This document shows positions 56,168 through 64,000 of a stretch of 64,000 nt of DNA, one piece after another. The notes under the pieces were generated by a model that saw only the letters and a list, made by a program, of their open reading frames with translations, was not told the origin of the DNA and did no database searches. Each line of letters opens with the position of its first letter. Within the stretch, counting starts at the first letter, position 1. Position numbers and translations under genes: made by a program. The stretch covers positions 1,052,463 through 1,116,462 of the forward strand of contig DDTQ01000011.1 in assembly GCA_002344125.1 (NCBI GenBank). The letters run 5' to 3'. The DNA comes from Ignavibacteria bacterium UBA2360 (GTDB lineage Bacteria; Bacteroidota; Ignavibacteria; Tepidaquicellales; OLB5).

Positions 56168-57541
56168 ATGGGGGATAGTAAAATGAAAAGATCTACAGTC
56201 TTTAATTTTTCAGGAATTCTCTTCACAATCCTTACTATATTATTAAACATCTTAAATACAAATTCTCAAAGCTGGCATACAATGGGTACCGGTGCAGGTG
56301 GTTCGGTTAACGCAATGGTCAATTACAATTCGGAGTTGGTTGCAGCGGGATATTTTTCAACCGCCGGAGGTCAATTGGTTAACAATATAGCCAGGTGGAA
56401 CGGTACAACATGGGTGCCGATGGGTTTAGGTACAAATGATTCTGTTTTTGCGCTTGCGGTTTACAACGGCCTGCTTGTGGCAGCAGGCAGATTTACAACA
56501 GCAGGCGGTGTTAACTGCAATAAAATTGCTTTCTGGAATGGCGCCTCATGGAGCTCAACCGGAGGAACATACAATGGCAGCATTTACGCACTTGCCGTTC
56601 AGGGAAGTTACCTGGTGGCGGGAGGAAATTTCACAATTGTTAATGCGCTGAATATTTCACGGATTGCCCGCTATAATTCCACATGGCAAACAATGGGCTG
56701 GGGATTTGACGACAACGTTTACGCCCTGGCGCTGTACAATTCCATTCTGTATGCCGGCGGAAATTTTAATGTTGCTGATAGCCTTGAAGCCAAAAAAATC
56801 GCGCGGTGGAGCGGTTCACGCTGGGCAACTCTTGGTGTTGGTATGGATGATGGCGCAGTTTATTGTTTCAGGGTATATAATAATTCGCTGTACGCAGGCG
56901 GAACCTTCACTACCATTGGCGGATCAGTTACAAACAGGATCGCGCGATGGAACGGTACAAGCTGGGCCAATGTTGGTTTCGGATTCAGCGCCGGAGTTTA
57001 TGCGCTGCATTCTCTGGGCACCTCCTTATATGCAGGGGGTATTTTTGAATTTGCCGATGTTCAGCCGGCTTCAAGGATTGCTGTATATAACGGTACAAAT
57101 TGGGGACCCCTTGGCGCGGGAATTAGCGGTTCTGCACCAAGAGTAAATGCTATAAACAGTTTTCTGGGTGATGTTATTGCAGGAGGTACATTCACTTTAG
57201 CCGGCGGACTGCCTGCAAATAATATTGCCGCATGGAAGCTAAATACCGGAATAGTTCAAACCGGCAATGAGATTCCTTCGCAGTTTTCTATGAGCCAGAA
57301 TTACCCCAATCCGTTCAATCCGCAGACAAAGTTCAAATTCAGTGTGCCAGCCGGCGGGTATGTGAATTTATCAGTGTTCGATTCAAAAGGCTCCCTGGTT
57401 GCTGAATTGTTAAGCAGCGAAATCTCTGCGGGGAACTATGATGTTGATTTTGAAGGAAGTGAACTTACCAGCGGGGTTTACTTTTATAAATTAAGTACAG
57501 AGGGTTTTACTGATACTAAAAAAATGATCCTCGTAAGATAA
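56168..57541 (+). CDS. Seven-bladed beta-propeller-type repeat protein with a T9SS sorting domain
   Basis: Seven ~47-aa repeats of the pattern W...G.G....VYAL.....LYAGG.F...G......IA.WNG... C-terminus NYPNPFNP...KKMILVR. Confidence 0.8.
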   Translation: MGDSKMKRSTVFNFSGILFTILTILLNILNTNSQSWHTMGTGAGGSVNAMVNYNSELVAAGYFSTAGGQLVNNIARWNGTTWVPMGLGTNDSVFALAVYNGLLVAAGRFTTAGGVNCNKIAFWNGASWSSTGGTYNGSIYALAVQGSYLVAGGNFTIVNALNISRIARYNSTWQTMGWGFDDNVYALALYNSILYAGGNFNVADSLEAKKIARWSGSRWATLGVGMDDGAVYCFRVYNNSLYAGGTFTTIGGSVTNRIARWNGTSWANVGFGFSAGVYALHSLGTSLYAGGIFEFADVQPASRIAVYNGTNWGPLGAGISGSAPRVNAINSFLGDVIAGGTFTLAGGLPANNIAAWKLNTGIVQTGNEIPSQFSMSQNYPNPFNPQTKFKFSVPAGGYVNLSVFDSKGSLVAELLSSEISAGNYDVDFEGSELTSGVYFYKLSTEGFTDTKKMILVR

Positions 57542-57659
57542 ATATTTATCACTAACTATATGCCCGTTAATCAAGGTTCAATCAGGTTATACCGGTGAAT
57601 TTTGATTCGGGCTTTTTATTTGGTTTTCCGGTAATGATGGTAACTTGTTATATTAGCAT

Positions 57660-58811
57660 ATGCGAAAATACTGTTTTCAGGTAATATTGATTTTCATTTC
57701 TGCCATTGGATATATTTATTCACAGCCAGTTGTAAGATTTGCTGCAATTGGTGATTACGGCAGATGGTATACACCAGGTGAAAGACTTGTTTCCGGGATG
57801 ATCCATAATTGGGATCCCGATTTCATTATCACGCTTGGTGATAATAACTATGAATACGGTGCAGATTCAACTATTGATTCAAACATCGGCCAGTTTTACC
57901 ACGACTTTATTTTTCCTTATACAGGCATCTTTGGTACCGGGGCCCAATTTAATAAGTTTTTTCCTTCCATGGGCAATCATGACTGGTTAACTGATTCAGC
58001 CCGCCCATATATCGACTATTTCCAGCTTCCCGGTAATGAAAGATATTACGACTTTGTAAAAGGAAATATACATTTTTTTGTTGTAAACAGTGATATAAAT
58101 GAACCTGATGGAATAACAACAGGCTCGCCGCAGGCGCACTGGTTAATGAACAAACTGTCGCAATCTGTTTCAAGGTTTAAGATAGTTTATTTCCATCACC
58201 CGCCCTATTCATCAGGACAGCATGGGAATAACCTGGATATGAGATGGCCGTTCAAACAGTGGGGTGCAAATGCTGTATTTTGCGGACATGAACACAATTA
58301 CGAAAGACTGGTGGATAGTACAGGCTTAACATATTTTGTGAACGGGCTCGGAGGCAAGGATTGGCGCGAGTTTGGTACCGTTGTGCCTGAAAGCAGGTAC
58401 AGGTTCACAGGAAATTATGGGGCATTGTTTGTTACATCTTATACCGATAGCCTGAACATTAAATTTATTGCTTACCCTGATTCTGTTAAGGATGATACCA
58501 CTATTATCCTTTCTCCTATTGGGATTGTTTCTCAAAGTGAGATTGCAGACGACTTCATTTTGTATCAAAACTATCCTAACCCGTTTAACCCGGTTACGAA
58601 TATCAGATTTAGTATCACAGAATCCGGCTTAATATCATTGAAAATATATGATGTTTCAGGAAAATTCGCCGGGACCCTTACAAATAATTTTTTACAGCCC
58701 GGAAATTATGAAATACAATGGGACGCTTCATTATACCCAAGCGGTATTTATTATTACGAATTGACATCAGTAAAAGGTAAGATCTCAAAGAAAATGGTTC
58801 TGATAAAATAA
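57660..58811 (+). CDS. Secreted calcineurin-like metallophosphoesterase with a T9SS sorting domain
   Basis: GDYG, GDNNY, GNHD, HHPPYSS and GHEHNYER motifs. C-terminus NYPNPFNP...KKMVLIK. Confidence 0.85.
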   Translation: MRKYCFQVILIFISAIGYIYSQPVVRFAAIGDYGRWYTPGERLVSGMIHNWDPDFIITLGDNNYEYGADSTIDSNIGQFYHDFIFPYTGIFGTGAQFNKFFPSMGNHDWLTDSARPYIDYFQLPGNERYYDFVKGNIHFFVVNSDINEPDGITTGSPQAHWLMNKLSQSVSRFKIVYFHHPPYSSGQHGNNLDMRWPFKQWGANAVFCGHEHNYERLVDSTGLTYFVNGLGGKDWREFGTVVPESRYRFTGNYGALFVTSYTDSLNIKFIAYPDSVKDDTTIILSPIGIVSQSEIADDFILYQNYPNPFNPVTNIRFSITESGLISLKIYDVSGKFAGTLTNNFLQPGNYEIQWDASLYPSGIYYYELTSVKGKISKKMVLIK

Positions 58812-58924
58812 TTTTCCGGCAGTTTCAAAAACCTGAATTTATACAGGTATAATATTGTATATCAATAATATTATAGAAAATTGCCAAAAACATTGATATT
58901 ATTGAATATCTAAACACAGGATAT

Positions 58925-60670
58925 ATGAAAACTCTGATAATAATTGCAAACCTTTTCTTATTGGTCTCAATATCAAATTCACAAAACTGGATAACAATTG
59001 GCGGTAATTTGCAGCGTAACGGGCTTAGTGAAATTACGGGACCCAACAGTGTTACCTCTCCGTTTTGGACAGTCAACAGCACAAATGCAACCGCCTGGGG
59101 AAATTCAATTTACACATATGCTGATAAATTTGTTACATCACGAATTGTGCTTTCGCCCTACACCGGAAAAGTTGAACTCCGGAATATAAACTCGGGTGCG
59201 CTCATTTGGGAAAAGATGATAAACGCTGCATCAAGAATGTACGCCGTTGGTTTCACCGAAGATGCTGTGTACGCACATGATTATAACACAGGCATTCTTT
59301 ATGCATTAAATATTTCTGATGGTTCAGTGAAATGGCAAATTTCATCAGATATGTTCCCGGGTAACACCGGACTTATGTTTGCATGCGACGGCGATCCTAT
59401 TGATAAAGGAAGAAGAATCAACAGGAATACCGGAACTGTGAAATGGACAAACAATTATACGATACCGGTTGGACCCGATGGCGGATTCTGTATTTATGGC
59501 AATACTTATTATCACTGGACGGGTTCTGTTGTAACTCCCAAAAAACTTATTGCCATAGATGTAAATACCGGGGTTACAAGATATACTTCCGCTGACCTGC
59601 CCGGAGATGGCGACCAGGAAAATGACCTTTGTATAGGTCCTGAGGGTACCATATATATTTGCCGTGATGGCGGCGCTTTATACGCTTTCCAGGATAACGG
59701 CACAGCATTTGTTCAGTTGTGGAGCCGCTCCCCCGGCTATGTTGTTAAAGGTGTAGGTAAAGATGGCTCGCTGTATGCATCAAATATCAACGACCCATCA
59801 CAGTTTGCAAACAGCAATATCTACAGGCTTGACCCTTTCAACGGTAACCTGCTGGATTCCGCCCAAATACGCACACCGCTTGCTTACATGTCATGCGGTG
59901 CTGATTCAACAATTATCGTTTGCACCGGTGAAACAGGTAACGGCAGGTATGTTGCTTTTACACCAAACCTGCAAACCGTTAAATGGACACTCAATGTGCC
60001 GTACAATTATTACAGTGGTTCTAACCTTGGTCAAAACGGAATTTTTATAGCTTCAGGCAGCGGAACTGAGATCAAAGCCTACAAAACAAACCATAGCATT
60101 AAACCGGTTGCGGATTTTAAAGCTAATAAAAATTATTTCCTCAATATTGATACTGTATCATTTTTTGATCAGTCGTCGTTTAATCCCACGAACTGGTTAT
60201 GGCTGATGCCGGGCTCCAATACGCCGGTTTCAACAAGCCAGAACCCTGAGAATGTACGATATAATTTGCAGGGTACCTATCCGGTTACGTTGATAGCTTC
60301 AAATTCTTTTGGAAGCGATACGCTTGTGAGGACATGTTACATTACTGTTATTCCGTGGATGAGTGTACAACAAACAGGAAATGAGATCCCTTCGGAATTT
60401 TCGCTCAGCCAGAATTACCCTAATCCGTTCAATCCGGCAACCAAAATTCGTTTTCAAATTCCCGCCTCTGTAGAGACGACCCGGCGGGTCGTCTCACTTA
60501 GAATATACGATATTTCCGGCAAAGAAATTTCGACGCTGGTTAACGGGGAGTTAAGACCGGGCGTTTACGAAGCCGATTGGGATGCATCTGCATATTCAAG
60601 CGGGATCTATTTTTACACTTTAACTTCCGGTGATTTCAAAGAAACAAAAAAAATGATGTTGATAAAATAA
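58925..60670 (+). CDS. PQQ-like beta-propeller plus PKD domain protein with a T9SS sorting domain
   Basis: Repeated G...W motifs (GALIWEK, GSVKWQI, GTVKWTN, TVKWTL). PKD-like ...PVADF......V.F.D.S...PT.W.W.......S...NP...Y...G.Y.V.L.A.N..G. C-terminus NYPNPFNP...KKMMLIK. Confidence 0.75.
   Translation: MKTLIIIANLFLLVSISNSQNWITIGGNLQRNGLSEITGPNSVTSPFWTVNSTNATAWGNSIYTYADKFVTSRIVLSPYTGKVELRNINSGALIWEKMINAASRMYAVGFTEDAVYAHDYNTGILYALNISDGSVKWQISSDMFPGNTGLMFACDGDPIDKGRRINRNTGTVKWTNNYTIPVGPDGGFCIYGNTYYHWTGSVVTPKKLIAIDVNTGVTRYTSADLPGDGDQENDLCIGPEGTIYICRDGGALYAFQDNGTAFVQLWSRSPGYVVKGVGKDGSLYASNINDPSQFANSNIYRLDPFNGNLLDSAQIRTPLAYMSCGADSTIIVCTGETGNGRYVAFTPNLQTVKWTLNVPYNYYSGSNLGQNGIFIASGSGTEIKAYKTNHSIKPVADFKANKNYFLNIDTVSFFDQSSFNPTNWLWLMPGSNTPVSTSQNPENVRYNLQGTYPVTLIASNSFGSDTLVRTCYITVIPWMSVQQTGNEIPSEFSLSQNYPNPFNPATKIRFQIPASVETTRRVVSLRIYDISGKEISTLVNGELRPGVYEADWDASAYSSGIYFYTLTSGDFKETKKMMLIK
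60470..60497. repeat. Copy of the dispersed GAGACGACCC-NNN-GGGTCGTCTC hairpin inside the coding sequence
   Basis: GTAGAGACGACCCGGCGGGTCGTCTCAC matches the reverse complement of the intergenic copies at 25175-25199, 27998-28022 and 36166-36188. Confidence 0.85.
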
Positions 60671-60675
60671 CTGAC

Positions 60676-61911
60676 ATGAAAAAAATCATATTAATTCTTC
60701 TAATTCCCTTTTTAACTTATTCTCAGGGCTGGTTCATCCAAACCACATTCAGTCCCGCGCAGTCACTGCAAGCAGTAAGGTTTTATGGCCAGAATACAGG
60801 CTACACTACCGCTCCGCTGTATAACGGTTCCACATTTAATATACATAAAACCACTAATGCGGGGCAGAACTGGGTTGCCCAGAGTTCCGGATATACTTCA
60901 ATGCGTTTCATGGCAATATGGCTTCAGCATCCTGATACTGTATATATGAGCGGAAATGACGGACTTATAATTAAGACTGTCAACGGCGGAAGTAACTGGA
61001 TAACCGTAAATTCAGAAGCAACTCTACAGCTTTGGGGATTATTTTTTGTTAATTCCTTAACCGGTTTTACAGCAGGTTCAACCGGGCGTATAATGAAAAC
61101 AACCAATGCAGGTTCAAACTGGGTCAATATGACATCACCCACGCAAACCTCGCTAAGCTCAATATATTTTATCAATGAAAACACCGGCTTTATTTCAGGC
61201 TCAGCTATTGCACTTAAGACCACAAACCAGGGTACAAACTGGGTGAACATGAACGCGCCATCTATTAGCGGATTTGAGAACTTCAGGGAAATTTATTTCT
61301 TCAATGAAAACCTTGGGTTGTATGTTTCTGATGCAGGCAGGATAGTTAAAACAACAAACAGCGGTGTTACATGGAATCTGGTTAACTCAGGTACCACGCA
61401 ATCACTCTTCGGAGTATATTTCATAGATCAAACAACCGGCTACGCCTGCGGCAATGCCGGGGCAATTGTAAGAACAACCGATGGCGGTGAAAACTGGTTT
61501 GCTCAAACTTCTCCGTTAAACGAAATACTTACGGATATTTGGTTTACATCCGCAACCACAGGATATATTTCAAACTGGTCAGGTAAGATCTTAAAAACTA
61601 CAAACGGGGGAATTACTTATATTGAGCCGGTAAGCAGTGAGACTCCCGAAAAATTTTTACTTGAACAGAATTATCCAAATCCGTTTAATCCGGTAACCAA
61701 ATTCAAATTCAGCATACCAATTTCTGGAAATGTTTTGTTGAAAATTTTCGATATTTCCGGCAGGGAAGTTGCTGAAATTTTAAACAAACCTATGCAGCCC
61801 GGTACTTTTGAGGCTGATTGGGACGCATCGGGGTTTTCGAGCGGCGTGTATTTTTATACAGTTACATCCGGTGATTTTACCCAAACCCGAAAAATGGTTC
61901 TGATCAGGTAA
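60676..61911 (+). CDS. Ycf48/BNR-like beta-propeller protein with a T9SS sorting domain
   Basis: Blades TTNAGQNW, TVNGGSNW, TTNAGSNW, TTNQGTNW, TTNSGVTW, TTDGGENW, TTNGGITY. C-terminus NYPNPFNP...RKMVLIR. Confidence 0.8.
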   Translation: MKKIILILLIPFLTYSQGWFIQTTFSPAQSLQAVRFYGQNTGYTTAPLYNGSTFNIHKTTNAGQNWVAQSSGYTSMRFMAIWLQHPDTVYMSGNDGLIIKTVNGGSNWITVNSEATLQLWGLFFVNSLTGFTAGSTGRIMKTTNAGSNWVNMTSPTQTSLSSIYFINENTGFISGSAIALKTTNQGTNWVNMNAPSISGFENFREIYFFNENLGLYVSDAGRIVKTTNSGVTWNLVNSGTTQSLFGVYFIDQTTGYACGNAGAIVRTTDGGENWFAQTSPLNEILTDIWFTSATTGYISNWSGKILKTTNGGITYIEPVSSETPEKFLLEQNYPNPFNPVTKFKFSIPISGNVLLKIFDISGREVAEILNKPMQPGTFEADWDASGFSSGVYFYTVTSGDFTQTRKMVLIR

Positions 61912-61936
61912 AAAGGTAATATAGGGATTTTCAAAG

Positions 61937-61967
61937 CCATTCAATTGCAGATTGAATGGTTTTTTTT
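61937..61967 (+). terminator. Rho-independent terminator
   Basis: CCATTCAAT-N5-ATTGAATGG followed by T8. Confidence 0.8.
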
Positions 61968-62089
61968 ATTACAATGTGTGAATATCTCAAAATAACCATT
62001 AATTATGGCGGTTAAAGAACGAATACCCAATTTTCGTTATTTGCAAGTGGAAAATAGTTAACTATTTTCGCTATGAAAGGGGGTCTCAT

Positions 62090-63388
62090 ATGAGAAAAAT
62101 TACAATATTTGTATTATTTGCTTTTCTAACTCTTAATCTATATTCGCAAAGCTGGGTACCTGCAGGAATAGTATCAAACCCTGGGAATAAACCGAACATA
62201 TCGGTTTGCGGAATCAATTCAGTTTACATAGCTGATGGCAGTTTAAACTCTCCCAAAATATTCAGAACGACAGATGGAGGTTCAAGCTGGCTTAATGTAC
62301 CGGTTGCAGGAATTAATCACGAGATCTATTGTATTTGGGCTGTTACTGAAAATACCGTTTTTGCAGGCGAAGGTTATGTAAATGGAAATGCAAGGCTGTT
62401 CAAAACTACAAATGCAGGTTTAAACTGGAACCCTATTCTAACAACAGCTTCAAACAGCGGACATTTTACAGGCCTTGGATTTACCAAGAGCAACGGTAAT
62501 CTTTTTGGAATAGCTATCGCTGAAAAAATATATAAAACCTCTGATGCCGGCAATAATTGGGTTGAGTTAAATGCCGGAGTTGTTGGTGTATCAAATGCAC
62601 AAAATTCATTGACCATAGTTGATAACAATTTTTACGGATTCGGTTTAAATAACGGTGCTGCAAGGATCAGGCTGACGGTTAATAATGCTGTTTCCTGGAG
62701 TACTCAACAGATCAGTGTCGCCGGCAACTATACATCGGCGATAGCATTTCATTCCAACAAACTGTTTGGTGTGGCAGCAACAAGCTCATCACTGCCCATG
62801 ATCTCCAGAACAACAAATGGCGGTTCAACATGGAATAGTGTAGATATTGGCAGCGGCGTTACGGGAACCTGCTATTTTGTTTGGGTACCTGCTACACCCG
62901 TCGTATACATCCTGGGTTCTAACGGCGGAATTAAGCGGAGTACTGATAATGGTTTAAACTGGGTTACTACACCTACACCCGGTGTTACAGGATTATCGCA
63001 TTTTGACTTTATTCAATCAGGTATGATAGTATATGGATATGCCGTATCATCGACCGGTAATGTGATAAAGCTTACTGATACGCTTGATATATTAACGGGG
63101 ACCAATCCAATTAATAATTTGCCAAAAGGGTATTCGCTATCACAGAACTATCCCAATCCGTTTAATCCGCAAACAATGATCACTTATTCTGTCCCTCAGA
63201 GTTCATTCGTCAACATTACTGTATTTGATATTTTGGGACGGGAATTATATTCACCTGTTAATGAGATAAAAAAGGCAGGCAGCTATGAGCTGAACATAAA
63301 TGCCGGGCAGATAGGGTCTGGGATATATTATTACAGGATGAGTGCCGGTGATTTTTCTGATACCAAAAAAATGATAGTAATTAAATAA
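62090..63388 (+). CDS. BNR/Ycf48-like beta-propeller protein with a T9SS sorting domain
   Basis: Blades TTDGGSSW, TTNAGLNW, TSDAGNNW, TTNGGSTW, STDNGLNW. C-terminus NYPNPFNP...KKMIVIK. Confidence 0.75.
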   Translation: MRKITIFVLFAFLTLNLYSQSWVPAGIVSNPGNKPNISVCGINSVYIADGSLNSPKIFRTTDGGSSWLNVPVAGINHEIYCIWAVTENTVFAGEGYVNGNARLFKTTNAGLNWNPILTTASNSGHFTGLGFTKSNGNLFGIAIAEKIYKTSDAGNNWVELNAGVVGVSNAQNSLTIVDNNFYGFGLNNGAARIRLTVNNAVSWSTQQISVAGNYTSAIAFHSNKLFGVAATSSSLPMISRTTNGGSTWNSVDIGSGVTGTCYFVWVPATPVVYILGSNGGIKRSTDNGLNWVTTPTPGVTGLSHFDFIQSGMIVYGYAVSSTGNVIKLTDTLDILTGTNPINNLPKGYSLSQNYPNPFNPQTMITYSVPQSSFVNITVFDILGRELYSPVNEIKKAGSYELNINAGQIGSGIYYYRMSAGDFSDTKKMIVIK

Positions 63389-63531
63389 GTCTCAATTTTA
63401 AAATAAGTTAAATATTACGGTTCTGATTCTTCAGCTTGAATACTCAGAACCGTACTACGGTATAATTATCAAGTTATTTACTGCATATACCCTATAATTA
63501 ATAATTCTTAAATAAACATAAACTATTTAAC

Positions 63532-64000
63532 ATGAAAAACCTCTATTTTTCCCTTTTGTTGTTATTTTTTTTCTTAGCAACTTCATACTCACAACTTCTG
63601 CCGGGATACAACACTGCTTTTAGTGAAGATGTGCTCTCTTCTGCTGAATCAATTGCCATGCCTTTTCTGCTGCAGCAGGGAGTCAAAGTTATGCCGGGAG
63701 TCCAAATATATAATGATACGATGCTGCTGTACCAGGGCAAAGTTTACCGGCTAACAAACATTTATCAAAATCCGGAACCCGGAAACAGTAACGGATACTA
63801 CATTGAGTATTCTTCATATGGTGAATATGGTATAAATATATTCAGCAATGTGTGGCATATAAATTTTCCCCGGGTGATTTACAGCCATGCTGATTCAACA
63901 TTTTATTCCATGGCAGATTGTGTTGGATTTGGAACCAGGGTACTTTCTGCAATTGGCGATACAACGCAAAACGGCAACGCATATCTTTCGCTGATAAAAA
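63532..64000 (+). CDS. Secreted hypothetical protein, 3'-truncated by the window edge (absent from the supplied ORF track)
   Basis: The ATG at 63532 opens a frame that runs to nt 64000. The N-terminus MKNLYFSLLLLFFFLATSYSQ is a typical signal peptide. Confidence 0.55.
   Translation, partial: MKNLYFSLLLLFFFLATSYSQLLPGYNTAFSEDVLSSAESIAMPFLLQQGVKVMPGVQIYNDTMLLYQGKVYRLTNIYQNPEPGNSNGYYIEYSSYGEYGINIFSNVWHINFPRVIYSHADSTFYSMADCVGFGTRVLSAIGDTTQNGNAYLSLIK

Overview
This 64-kb window looks like a chromosomal segment from an FCB-group bacterium (Ignavibacteria/Bacteroidota-like). That placement is inferred from many C-terminal NYPNPFNP...KKMxLIK type-IX-secretion (T9SS) sorting domains. I can support about 58 protein-coding genes. 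I recognised no rRNA, tRNA, CRISPR array, transposase, integrase or phage gene.

Two stretches are housekeeping. Nt 1-24.7 kb carries hisA, hutU, ispH, ispG, ispD, rpsA, eno, queA, an M1 aminopeptidase, an IMPase and an SPFH protein. Nt 36.2-48.6 kb carries lipB, an MltD-like transglycosylase, livK/livH, GNATs, a NUDIX hydrolase and a GT4 glycosyltransferase. Two small toxin-antitoxin pairs (HepT/MntA and ParE-like) each end 1 nt before the start codon of an Fe-S enzyme gene of the MEP (methylerythritol phosphate isoprenoid) pathway, ispH and ispG respectively.

Two blocks look accessory.
- Nt 24.7-36.2 kb holds four large T9SS cargo genes: two S8 subtilases, a BNR/sialidase-like protein and a Ycf48-like propeller. 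Three carry a proprotein-convertase P-domain. They are separated by 0.25-0.7 kb non-coding regions, three of which (plus the 24.7-25.4 kb flank) are built from a mosaic of short hairpin modules.
- Nt 56.2-64.0 kb holds at least five consecutive T9SS cargo genes, followed by a signal-peptide ORF cut off by the window edge.

Between them lies a 1788-aa REC-(PAS x ~11)-histidine kinase with a stand-alone receiver.

I found no clear new multi-gene protein system. The most unusual signals are at the DNA/RNA level:
- Heptamer tandem arrays abut stop and start codons, and sit in frame inside ispG.
- A hairpin module sits in frame inside a T9SS sorting domain.
- A ~270-bp non-coding flank is more conserved than the paralogous genes it follows.
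- Duplicated leader structures pair the AUG of strong-SD mini-ORFs upstream of secreted-enzyme genes.

All homology calls come from motif recognition by eye, with no database search.
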